Below are positions 37,001 through 45,884 of a DNA stretch of 64,000 nucleotides, one piece after another. The translations under genes were made by a program, and so were the position numbers. The stretch's first letter is position 1. Each line of letters starts with the position of its first letter. Origin of the DNA: a virus (taxonomy: Duplodnaviria > Heunggongvirae > Uroviricota > Caudoviricetes); the IMG/VR virus record IMGVR_UViG_3300025678_000001; one strand, 5' to 3'. The notes under the pieces were generated by a model. It worked only from the letters and a program-made list of their open reading frames with translations, searched no databases and was not told the DNA's origin.

Positions 37001-40000
37001 TCCTCGTCATCTGTTTCAAATAGAGAAGTATGTACACCATCCTTTTTCAGTTCGTCTATTGCCTCATACATCTCTTCGTCAGCGATCTTACGGAAGCTAC
37101 GCTTGTTGTACAGATCTGAGGTAGTTCTGATCTCACGTTTTTCTTCCAGTACACGCTGAATTACTTTACTGATCAGTGGTACAGAGTTTATCGTAACTGC
37201 CATCTCTAAAGGCAGCTTTTGAGCAAGCATCAGCAGAGTGATTGGAAGGCTCACCTCGTTAAGGTTCAGTACAGCCGGAATAGGATTACTCTTAGCATCG
37301 GCTTGCATACCCAGGGCGTTACCAATGTCCTGGATAGGACGAGTCTCTTTATCCGCCTGAAAGTTATCGTAGCTCTTATCGTTTACGATCCAGATCGGAC
37401 TGCTAAGCTTAAGTCCTTTCTTAGAAGCAAAAGCTGCAAACTTGTTCACGTTAGCCGCGATACCGATACCATCGTTTGAGGAGGTGACCATGTCACGGGA
37501 GTTGATGATACCATCCGGAGAGAAGATGTTGTTCCGGTTGATAACATCCTTGATACCCTTATTCATGGACTTAGCAATCTTCTCAAACTTATCTACAGAA
37601 GAACGCTCCTGTACGTACAGGTTCTTGAACGTGTACGGGTTACCCAGGATGTCGATCTTAGCCTGTAACATATCGTTCTGTAAAGTCTCTGTTACCAGGG
37701 ATCCTTTCTTAGATACAGCAGAAGCGTACTGACGAGCAGTTATCGGCATCTTCTTGCTAGCCAACACGTTCATGGTAGCGAGTACTTTGAACATGCGGTT
37801 GATCCGGTCGATCTCTTCTCTTGATTTCTGAATACGACCACTAGCAGTCTGGATTTCTACATAACCACTATCTACAGCTTTTTTAGCTTTTCTATATTCA
37901 GAACTCTTTTTACCCTGCTCTTTGAATTTAGGAGCCAGCTCTGCAGTTCTTTCCCAAAGAAGTTCTTGAAACTCCTCAGGAGAAAGACCCCAGTCTTTTG
38001 ATTCTTCCCTGAACCGATCTTCGATCTGTTTAGCCAGTGCGTCGTTTTCTGCACGAAGCTTTACATATATTTCCTTAACCTGTTCTTTTTTCTCTTTCTT
38101 AGCTTTCAGAGATTCATAAGCCTGGTTACGGATTTCTTTCTGTTCCTTGATAAAGGAAACGAGTTGTTCTTTAGTAAACTGATGCCAAGGAAGGTTCAGT
38201 TCTTCTGCCAGTTCTTCGAGCGACTCAGGGATCTCAATGATGTCTTCTTTATAGATCTTATCCAGCTCTGCTTTGATCAGAGGTTCCAGTGACTCATCTT
38301 CCATCATGCTCTGGATGTACTCAACAAACTGTTCCTTTGGTGTATTAGCTTCACCATAGACTTTTGTCTTTCCATTGAAGTCCTCATAGGTTGCGAACGT
38401 ATGAGAATACAGAGAGTCAATGTCAAGGTCAGAACCAGACAGAATGTGGATCAGCTGAGGTACTACAATGGCATTCTGGTAGGCCCCGTCAATGAAGTCA
38501 ACCACTTTAGCTACCATCATAGAACGCTTATCCTCGGTAGGAATACGTGTAGAGAGCCAGAGACTAAGCTTACGCTCGAATAAGTCAATCTCTTCCTGGT
38601 TCTTGAAGTAAGGACGCGGAACGATCACCTCTACGATATAGCGGTTGTTCTCCTTGTCATACTTTATACCAGGGTAGCGAAGCTTATACTTAGAGTTGTC
38701 ATTGTACTTCTCAGGGTTTTTAGCTACCTCTTCGCTCTTGATGATCTCACCGGTTTCACGATCTTCCACGAGTTTATATCCCCAGCTTGTGATCAGATAG
38801 TCTTTACGACCACTCTGACGTTTGGAGAATACTCCATCACTATAGAAGCTAAAGTAGTAGAATGTAAACATCCGTTTGATAAGCGGCAGGTTTACATTAT
38901 GGATAGGTTGATCATCACGGATCTCAAAGAACTTCAGTGTGTTACTATCAGCACCCTGAGCTTCCAGGCCGTCTCTCATCTTACGAATGATAGAACGAAC
39001 CTCTACTTCACCAGCCTCGTTCTTTATGATATTATTCAGACGGTTCAGAGAAACCTCAGCCAGTTGACCAATCATTTTACGATACTGCAGGATAGCATCT
39101 TTAAGATCAGTATCCAGGTTCGGATCAGCCATGTTAAAGTCCGCGTCGATCAAGTGCATCAACTGTGTAGTACTACTGATATCAGTAGCCACCTTGGATG
39201 TTTCTACCTGGTCAAACTTATACTTATTCGGTACAACCAGTCTGGATTGTTTCAGATCTGTAAGACCATTGTTGCTCAGTGTTACCGGTAACAGGGTAGC
39301 TTTTTTAGAAGCTGTCAGGTCCATTAGCTGATCAACGTCAGCACGTTCCATAGAGTTCAGCATGTAGTGGTGAGCGGCTCTGTTCGGCAGAGGCTCCCAG
39401 TACTGGTGGATCTCCTGGTAAACATCAGAAAGCTGATCCTGGACATAATCTATACCACGAGTATCTACAGTGTGAGTAACTGCATTACGTAGCTCAGCAC
39501 GCAGAAGATCGGCCTGGTTATACAGGTCAGCCAGTCTCTTCTCTACTTCGGTACGGGTCATACCCTCAGGTACAACCATATAGGAACTATCCATACGCAT
39601 CAGGATATGTTCCGCTTGTTTATGGTAGTATATCAGGGCCCCTGTTACGGTTTTCTTAGGACCAAGTACGACCTTATTGTTCCTTAAGTACTTGACCTCA
39701 TCTTCGGTCAGTCTGCGGTACCGGCTTGCTTTAAGAAGCTGTTCCACTGTTTCAGATACAGCTGGATCTTCATCCAGACGACCTTGCTTACGATACTGCT
39801 CAATACGATGTTCGATCGTAGTAACTGATTGACCGTCAAAGACTTTTATCTTGTTAGCCCGGTCTTTAAAGTTATCCGGCATCTCGTCATTCTCGTCATA
39901 TTGACCCTCTTCAAGATCCTTGTCATTGATCAGTACACTTAGTTCATCTACATAAGCTACTGTGTGGTTACCGCTCTTCATAGAAGGACCGGCAGCCACG

Positions 40001-43000
40001 TTCATCTTCTGGCGTTTGAAATAGTCAGCAAAGTTCTTTACACCCAGGGCGATATCTCCGTCAAAGAACTGGGATACCTGCAGGTTGTTCAGGAATACGT
40101 TAAAGAACACATCCTTCAGATAAGACTCCAGGTTTGAGTCTTCAGAGTCAATACTTACAGATGTTGTCTTGTCAATAGTATAAGATCCTGGGATCAGCTG
40201 GCTTGAATACTCAGAAGTTTCAGGGTTCTGTGATACAACACCCAGACGTTTCAGGTTATCCATGTGAGCTGCAAACTTCTCTTCTGCATATTTCAGCAGT
40301 TCTGTCTTTACAGAGTCCAGGTTAAGCTTATCAAACTTAGCTCCGGACTTAGCTGCAGCAATCAGCTGGTCACGCATCTCAGCTCTTGCCTGGTTCTTTG
40401 CAGTACCAGGATTTTGGTCAAACTCAAAGAAGTCGGCCAGTAAGTTAAAGTTATACGCACGCAGGGCAGGATCCTCTACGTTACGAGATCCGTCAGGGTT
40501 CTTACGTACGTTATAGTTTACGTAAAGCTCTTTGTTCTTTTCATCACGGCTCTCCCACTCACGTTGGATACGGTTATATTCCTGACGAATGATATCCATG
40601 AAACCGGATACCACCATATTTTCTCCATCTTCCTTAAGATAGCCGGCACTGGTTACCATACGCTTGTACAGGTTCGGAACCATGTAGATCGTATTGGAAG
40701 CTTCATTCTGTGTCAGCATTCTGGAGAAAGTAGTAACGGTGGCTTTACCATTTGATACAGTCTTCCGGTTCATGCTCATCAGGACATAGCTCAGATAGTA
40801 GCCGGCAGTGTCGATGGTCTTTGCTGTAACACCATCACGCTCGTTTCCTTTAAGAGTTTGACGGGCACCACCAAAGATTCTAAGGTCTAAGTTCTGTAGG
40901 TACAGTTGTAACTCGGGACTTTTTGCAGTCAGCGGGTTATCAGCCAGGAAGCGTTGAACTACCGGGAAGTCAGCATAAGTATCCATCCATCCGTTTTCTT
41001 TCAGGGACTGAGAGATCAACAGAGGCGGAGTGTAGCGTACGTACCGGTACACGTTCTTTCCTTCTGCGTTTCTGAATACAGAAACTACAGTGTCCATATC
41101 GTACTTAACCACATAGTGGCCAGTTTTTCTCAGTACGGAGTTGATCAGACCCAGGGATCTTTTCTGCAGACGACGCTGGTTCTTTTCAGTATCACTCAGG
41201 CCGGCTGTACCATCAGTCAGGTCGTCAACACTTCTGTCGAAGATGTTGGTGTTCTCATCCGCGTAACGGATAAGCTTATCAAAGAAATCCTTTTCCAGGT
41301 ACGCCCCGCTGTTGATCAGATCCTGATCCAGATAAAACTGTTTGTATGCTTTACTCTTTGGAGAAAGCTCTACGTTATTTTCTTTTACGTCAATAGCAAT
41401 CAGAGAATATGTTACGGCATCAAGAGGAAGCTCAATACCAATACTCTTAAGAGCCTTATGAACATTCTTGGACTTTTTAAGAAGCTCCTGCCAATTGGTA
41501 GTACCAATCTCAGTAGCACTGGTAATCTCCTGTTTGAAGACTGCCTTGGCACTACGTAAAGCTTCTTTCTTTTCATCAGCACTCTTCTTCATGAAGCCGT
41601 TTTCGTATTTGCGACGCAGCTTCTCATAGTACTGATTGATATCATTCTGCATAGTAGCTTCTACAACCTTGAGTTCAGAGCTACTTCCTTTTGTATTGAT
41701 ATAGAATACATCTGTAGACAGATCCACGACGTTGAACGCGTCAATGAACTGGTTGTACAGGTTCAGGTTTCTTGTGGGTTGGAGATCCTCGTTAAGACCA
41801 AAGATGTTAGACATCTTTTCCCATACGGTATTCAGACGATTATAAGCCGCCTGGTTGTCATTGAGTTTCATCTTCTCAATGGTTTCCTCCATACGGATCA
41901 TCATCTTCTCAACTGGTGTGTCAGCCAGGATCTTCATCATTGTATCGAACATGGCAGCTCCATCAACCATCTTGGTTGTCTTGATACCTAGTTCGTCAGT
42001 ATGTACGTAGGACAGTAAGCCAAAGAAGCTACGGAACTGTTTGCTCAGTCCGTCCAGGGTGTTCATGTTTACGAAGCTGTCCTCGAAGTCTGTACGATCA
42101 CCGTAGTCATCTTCATCAAACTCTTCGTCGTTTTCTGCAAATGCAGCCTCAGGATCAAAGTACATGTTGGCAATAGAGATCCGGTCAAGTTTCTTCTGTA
42201 CCTGATCAAACAGGGACTTAGTAGCTTGTTGTTGTTGTTCGTTGTACGTAGCAGCAGCTTTAGGAGTAGCTTGCATGATGGCCAGGTTGTTATCAACCCT
42301 TACATCCCCGGTCTCGTTATAATAGTTCACAGCCTCTCCTAGGATATACAGTTTATCCAGCAGGGGTTGTTCATACTTTGCACGGATAGCTTGTTCTTTA
42401 TCCGGATTCTGAGCAATCAGGTTATTGATATTCAGTTCTTTAAGAAGCTCAGCTTTTGCTGCGTTAAACTTCTCTGTGAAAGTACCAGTTGCAAAAGATG
42501 CCAGTTCAGCCATACGGTTTACAAGCTGAGCCTGTTCTACTTTAGACAAGAAGTTTTTACGCTGTACTACACTACTGTTAGGTCCTGTTACCAGGGTACT
42601 ACGAGTAGGAAGCATCTCAAATGCTCCTTCTTTAAACTGACCAATGATCTCAGCGTTCTTATAGAAGCCATTGTCAATGCGTCTGAATAGACGGTCAATC
42701 TCGTTACTCTTACCGGTAAAGAAGTCTACGATATCCTTCAGCAGGTTCAGGATCTTCTTCAGCCAACCTTCCTGGGCCCCGCGACCTTCAAGCTTATAAG
42801 TCTTGAAGCGGTCTGCCAGGTACTCTTCGGCCATACGCTCTTTGATCTGAGCGTTAGATAGGTGATACAGAGAACGCATCTGGCGGAACTGAGAAACCTG
42901 TTCTTTAGAGATAGGTCCCATCTTAGCCAGGGTCAAATCCAGGATACGTTGACGAGTCGGAGCATCCAGGAGATGACGGAAGACACCGTGGAAAGCTTCG

Positions 43001-45876
43001 TGGTAACCAGAGCCACGACCAGAGAGTTCTTTGTTCAGATAGATCACGCGGTCACGGAAGTAACCCAGTACACGACCCTCAGCCTTAAGATCTGACATGA
43101 TATCTGCCAGGTCTTCTACAGAGATTGTAGCCGGCAGGTTCTTTTGGATCCAGTCCAGTTCTTGCTGGAACTGACCTTCCTGGTAGCGTTCTACCAGTTC
43201 AGTATCCAGGGCAAGTTCAAAAGCTCCCTCTTCAAAATCCAGGTCGATATTGATATCAGTTGCTGTACCAGGTACATTTTCAGCTGTAGTGTTTGTAGTC
43301 GGGTTAGGAGCCGGCACCGGTTCAGTAACAGTCTGAACAGCAGACACAATCGGTCCAGCAAATCTGGGTTCAACGCTTGTGTACTTGAAGATCTCTTCTG
43401 TAGTTAGGGTTTGGAATGCTGACAGATTAGTGGCGTTCTTCTGTTGCTGCCTGTTACGAATCTTCAGCTTCCATTTACCGTCCTTAGAAGCTTTCTCGTT
43501 CTCCATGATAGCATATACCTGCGGCATGTCGAACTGACCATTGTAGGAAGACTTAGCAAGCTTTTCCCGGATCTGGTCAAACTTCTTATAGATATGCTTA
43601 TTCATCTCATCGTAAGCATCCATCAGTTCTTTACGAAGCTGAGGATCAGATGTGACAAAAGTCATAAGAGCGTTCTTACCGGCTGAAGTGTTTATGTCCT
43701 TGTTAAGCTCTTTAAACTCTTTTGAGTTAGCAGCTTTACGCATTACTCCAATGAACTTGTTCATTATCGGTACATCAATGTACACAGTCAGAGCTTTACG
43801 TACGTCTGCAGGAAGATCCATCCAACGAGAAATGTTACCAGGACGAAGCTGGATATTCAGACTACGATCACCTGTAGGATCTTTAAAGTGACTGAAGTCA
43901 GCAAAGAAAGGTGTACCACCCTTAGGTGAGTGGGGATTAAAGCCAAAGATGTTCTTATTGAACTCAGTAATGACTTTACCAGCTTCAACCTGAGGATCGT
44001 TGAGACTCTTGATCAGCTCTCCGAAGCTCATGGCCATCTGGGCAATCTCTGCCGGGTTCTCAACATAGTTGAATGTAAGAGCCACCGGTTTTACCTGGCC
44101 ATCGGGTTTAACGTAAAGCCAGGCAAAGCTTGTAGGGAAGTCTGCACTTGTTACTTCAGGATTGATCTTTAGAACGTCTTTTACATACTCTGCAAAAGTC
44201 ACATACTCTTCTTTACCATCCCTATTGACAACAACGCGGTCATCACCAGAAAGATCTGATACGACGGACCAGATACCACCCTCTTTAGCAACGATGATAG
44301 GCTTATTTAAAGAACGACGGTTTCCATAGCCATCTTCGTTTGCGGTTACTACTTCAATAGAAACCTGCCCCGGTGCTCCCGACTTTTCAAGTAGGGTACT
44401 CAGGCTGGCACGTTTATCTGAAGAAGGAGCCGTAGCAAATCTTTCACGACCACGGGCCAGTGTGATATACTGAGCTACCAGACTCTGAGGAATAACTACA
44501 TTTTCCTGATCAGGATTTTTATCCAGTAACTCTTGAACAGCTTTTTTGAACTGAGTCATCTGGTTGTAGTAAGCTTTCATCTTCTGGAAGTCCTCCTCGG
44601 TGATAGACTCTTCTACATGAAGACCATTATCGTTGAGTGTTGACTTACGGCCCAGTTTAAGGATCAGAGACTTCTGTTCATCAGAGAATGTAACACGTTC
44701 GGTACGATTATCAGGATATACAATAGCATAATTATCTACACCATAGAGAACCATGGCTCCTTGTTGGCCAGGTACAGTGAACTGGATCTGGGCCCCCTCT
44801 ACAGGAGAGAATACAGTGATCACCGGTTTACCACTCAGTAGAGCTTTCTGTTGAGAAGCTACCTCATGAGTTTCCAGAGAACGACCAGGGATCTCCTGGC
44901 GAATACGGTTCAGACGAGCCAGGTTACGGTTGATCTCAGAACGAGAAGCTACAACCTGTAAACCACTCATCGGATTATCCATGGCCAGTAACTGGCGTAC
45001 GATTGTTCCACCGGTACGATCATACAGATTCATACCGCTGCTTAGTTCTGCATTAGAGAAGATATACTGAGTTCCATCGTTGCCGGCAACAAACGGAGAA
45101 GAGTCAACCCTTAAGTTAAAGAGCTGATCACCATTTGACCGGTCAAAAGGAATCTCTTGTTCAAGCTTATCACTGTTTACGTCATAGAACTTACCACCAT
45201 CACCCTGCAGTACTTCAACAACACTACCGTCTTTTCTGACAATGAGTTTACTATCTCCGTATATTGTGTTCTTTATAGGAACATAATCGGAGTTCTGGTT
45301 GGTAGCCTTGTTCTTTTCCTGCTCGATGAGTTGTCTGATACCGGTCTTGATAGTAGATGTCAGGCCCTGGTTTCCAAGTACTGCGTTAGTAAGACTATCA
45401 AACATGCTGCTGATAGTCTTAGTGATATCATCTACGCTCTTACGGAAGTTTGTTTTGGCTAAAGCCTTGATGTCTTTTATGATTGACAGCACCTCGTCCT
45501 GTACGTTTAGAGGAGCCATGGTCAGGACCTTTTCGATCCTGCTTTTGATAGAACCCTGGTTGATAGTAGCAGCCGGGCGTATAGAGTATTCAGCGGCAAG
45601 CTTTTTAAACTGGCCTTCCAGGTCATCATTCTCCAGGTCTACGTCAATGACTTTGGAGTCATCGGGCGTAAAAGAGAACGTAGAGTCCTTCTTGGCAAGT
45701 TCAGAATAGATCTTACCTAACCCTTTGAGAGCCACCATTTTAACGGCTTCAGGCTGACCAGGACGTTTGATGATGAACTTTGCTACTTCAGCAAAGTCCT
45801 TATACTTTGGATCCTGGGCCAGAAGTTGCTTTGTGAACTCAGCAAACGTCTGGATACTGATACTACACTTGTTCAT
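34063..45876 (-). CDS. 3937-aa virion-packaged RNA polymerase (crAss-type double-psi beta-barrel) with a zincin domain
   Basis: Catalytic GSDLDID (38416-38430, aa about 2483), STRIPTEDKRSM, FDGQS, YHEAFH (42988-43002). Confidence 0.88.
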   Translation of the reverse strand: MNKCSISIQTFAEFTKQLLAQDPKYKDFAEVAKFIIKRPGQPEAVKMVALKGLGKIYSELAKKDSTFSFTPDDSKVIDVDLENDDLEGQFKKLAAEYSIRPAATINQGSIKSRIEKVLTMAPLNVQDEVLSIIKDIKALAKTNFRKSVDDITKTISSMFDSLTNAVLGNQGLTSTIKTGIRQLIEQEKNKATNQNSDYVPIKNTIYGDSKLIVRKDGSVVEVLQGDGGKFYDVNSDKLEQEIPFDRSNGDQLFNLRVDSSPFVAGNDGTQYIFSNAELSSGMNLYDRTGGTIVRQLLAMDNPMSGLQVVASRSEINRNLARLNRIRQEIPGRSLETHEVASQQKALLSGKPVITVFSPVEGAQIQFTVPGQQGAMVLYGVDNYAIVYPDNRTERVTFSDEQKSLILKLGRKSTLNDNGLHVEESITEEDFQKMKAYYNQMTQFKKAVQELLDKNPDQENVVIPQSLVAQYITLARGRERFATAPSSDKRASLSTLLEKSGAPGQVSIEVVTANEDGYGNRRSLNKPIIVAKEGGIWSVVSDLSGDDRVVVNRDGKEEYVTFAEYVKDVLKINPEVTSADFPTSFAWLYVKPDGQVKPVALTFNYVENPAEIAQMAMSFGELIKSLNDPQVEAGKVITEFNKNIFGFNPHSPKGGTPFFADFSHFKDPTGDRSLNIQLRPGNISRWMDLPADVRKALTVYIDVPIMNKFIGVMRKAANSKEFKELNKDINTSAGKNALMTFVTSDPQLRKELMDAYDEMNKHIYKKFDQIREKLAKSSYNGQFDMPQVYAIMENEKASKDGKWKLKIRNRQQQKNATNLSAFQTLTTEEIFKYTSVEPRFAGPIVSAVQTVTEPVPAPNPTTNTTAENVPGTATDINIDLDFEEGAFELALDTELVERYQEGQFQQELDWIQKNLPATISVEDLADIMSDLKAEGRVLGYFRDRVIYLNKELSGRGSGYHEAFHGVFRHLLDAPTRQRILDLTLAKMGPISKEQVSQFRQMRSLYHLSNAQIKERMAEEYLADRFKTYKLEGRGAQEGWLKKILNLLKDIVDFFTGKSNEIDRLFRRIDNGFYKNAEIIGQFKEGAFEMLPTRSTLVTGPNSSVVQRKNFLSKVEQAQLVNRMAELASFATGTFTEKFNAAKAELLKELNINNLIAQNPDKEQAIRAKYEQPLLDKLYILGEAVNYYNETGDVRVDNNLAIMQATPKAAATYNEQQQQATKSLFDQVQKKLDRISIANMYFDPEAAFAENDEEFDEDDYGDRTDFEDSFVNMNTLDGLSKQFRSFFGLLSYVHTDELGIKTTKMVDGAAMFDTMMKILADTPVEKMMIRMEETIEKMKLNDNQAAYNRLNTVWEKMSNIFGLNEDLQPTRNLNLYNQFIDAFNVVDLSTDVFYINTKGSSSELKVVEATMQNDINQYYEKLRRKYENGFMKKSADEKKEALRSAKAVFKQEITSATEIGTTNWQELLKKSKNVHKALKSIGIELPLDAVTYSLIAIDVKENNVELSPKSKAYKQFYLDQDLINSGAYLEKDFFDKLIRYADENTNIFDRSVDDLTDGTAGLSDTEKNQRRLQKRSLGLINSVLRKTGHYVVKYDMDTVVSVFRNAEGKNVYRYVRYTPPLLISQSLKENGWMDTYADFPVVQRFLADNPLTAKSPELQLYLQNLDLRIFGGARQTLKGNERDGVTAKTIDTAGYYLSYVLMSMNRKTVSNGKATVTTFSRMLTQNEASNTIYMVPNLYKRMVTSAGYLKEDGENMVVSGFMDIIRQEYNRIQREWESRDEKNKELYVNYNVRKNPDGSRNVEDPALRAYNFNLLADFFEFDQNPGTAKNQARAEMRDQLIAAAKSGAKFDKLNLDSVKTELLKYAEEKFAAHMDNLKRLGVVSQNPETSEYSSQLIPGSYTIDKTTSVSIDSEDSNLESYLKDVFFNVFLNNLQVSQFFDGDIALGVKNFADYFKRQKMNVAAGPSMKSGNHTVAYVDELSVLINDKDLEEGQYDENDEMPDNFKDRANKIKVFDGQSVTTIEHRIEQYRKQGRLDEDPAVSETVEQLLKASRYRRLTEDEVKYLRNNKVVLGPKKTVTGALIYYHKQAEHILMRMDSSYMVVPEGMTRTEVEKRLADLYNQADLLRAELRNAVTHTVDTRGIDYVQDQLSDVYQEIHQYWEPLPNRAAHHYMLNSMERADVDQLMDLTASKKATLLPVTLSNNGLTDLKQSRLVVPNKYKFDQVETSKVATDISSTTQLMHLIDADFNMADPNLDTDLKDAILQYRKMIGQLAEVSLNRLNNIIKNEAGEVEVRSIIRKMRDGLEAQGADSNTLKFFEIRDDQPIHNVNLPLIKRMFTFYYFSFYSDGVFSKRQSGRKDYLITSWGYKLVEDRETGEIIKSEEVAKNPEKYNDNSKYKLRYPGIKYDKENNRYIVEVIVPRPYFKNQEEIDLFERKLSLWLSTRIPTEDKRSMMVAKVVDFIDGAYQNAIVVPQLIHILSGSDLDIDSLYSHTFATYEDFNGKTKVYGEANTPKEQFVEYIQSMMEDESLEPLIKAELDKIYKEDIIEIPESLEELAEELNLPWHQFTKEQLVSFIKEQKEIRNQAYESLKAKKEKKEQVKEIYVKLRAENDALAKQIEDRFREESKDWGLSPEEFQELLWERTAELAPKFKEQGKKSSEYRKAKKAVDSGYVEIQTASGRIQKSREEIDRINRMFKVLATMNVLASKKMPITARQYASAVSKKGSLVTETLQNDMLQAKIDILGNPYTFKNLYVQERSSVDKFEKIAKSMNKGIKDVINRNNIFSPDGIINSRDMVTSSNDGIGIAANVNKFAAFASKKGLKLSSPIWIVNDKSYDNFQADKETRPIQDIGNALGMQADAKSNPIPAVLNLNEVSLPITLLMLAQKLPLEMAVTINSVPLISKVIQRVLEEKREIRTTSDLYNKRSFRKIADEEMYEAIDELKKDGVHTSLFETDDEENIIYKRGGSPLLKDNINLEFKYDYTPADRVTASDLGFTLTDSKGIPLSDKATQVYLLIKYLETQKLNNDVYAVGSILNLYKKLKPSWKAVDRVLGNYAYLTGVMANEKSMFANIQEVLESSVEFRPLIKALKEMTENAEVILIERNPVVQAVNDTIKNSLQAFKLDEMTQERLTDQIVKYFIINKFRGETEKRLQEEQAKEQPNQNTIKSLNTALEMFKADFWKGEPSNETVTSMEQDFQYLKDTQEGNPFVDYLKERTRNGITYLEALSRMKLDKEYGENVNDGFTLLEKSPDTRTALIARKLFHYLLIKDGLGYGTNTFISYLNPQNPETFEKISGYLNELQAGFNAFNKANRKQIANGKADGYYKNFNKLLNSFFGKNADLNVYISSMINRIGLYAGNNDVMVKSRPIFKKNKKGPFAGVDLDVIKEEMKDLLPDTHNIEPKAVYTELEDNPDNTDLWLPNSKEVDTGKLTVDTTKLASSVGSKILTQMNILPGQIFSDGGESITKYTFPLFVKNTFGTVLRLTQVDDQRVSDKIINNLTSKLKGKDYVNTVQGLKAVYTVTEQEGTDQVLNLGFDEAESRELYKFTQNDTENQFLDVSLTPELEDRLQRLKNNFGVDSKRLNLLARIIRYEVLSKGAILFDKQKNNTFFLNYTIDTKDRGPVERKIYIRPSEKDPLSVTVKIYEREIVSGNETLVKLPDELKEFKAVDVEFVKRGKGIGWMKKQKVENPVTQEMVNEVVKNYRMPEGMRLKNRFQTFEWFAKIKFEDHKETLNLKLMEEIYNKAYLEPIPAAEPEPEIEPGRFVTFNKMTYIVTKINDNGTVQIYDPTKEGVESKKSVASRNLIPTKNKAKIINYKGTDYLVTPRETIISLVSNKAMMWTAENGDRKAILALAKGTGTSNQTQNKEELIIPAGYMLRPGAPTLSAYLSMMKMVSDKSVADLTEMYKNINLVPIVKGNIEDVRKDLDSGECIAEL

Positions 45877-45884
45877 AGGGTATG

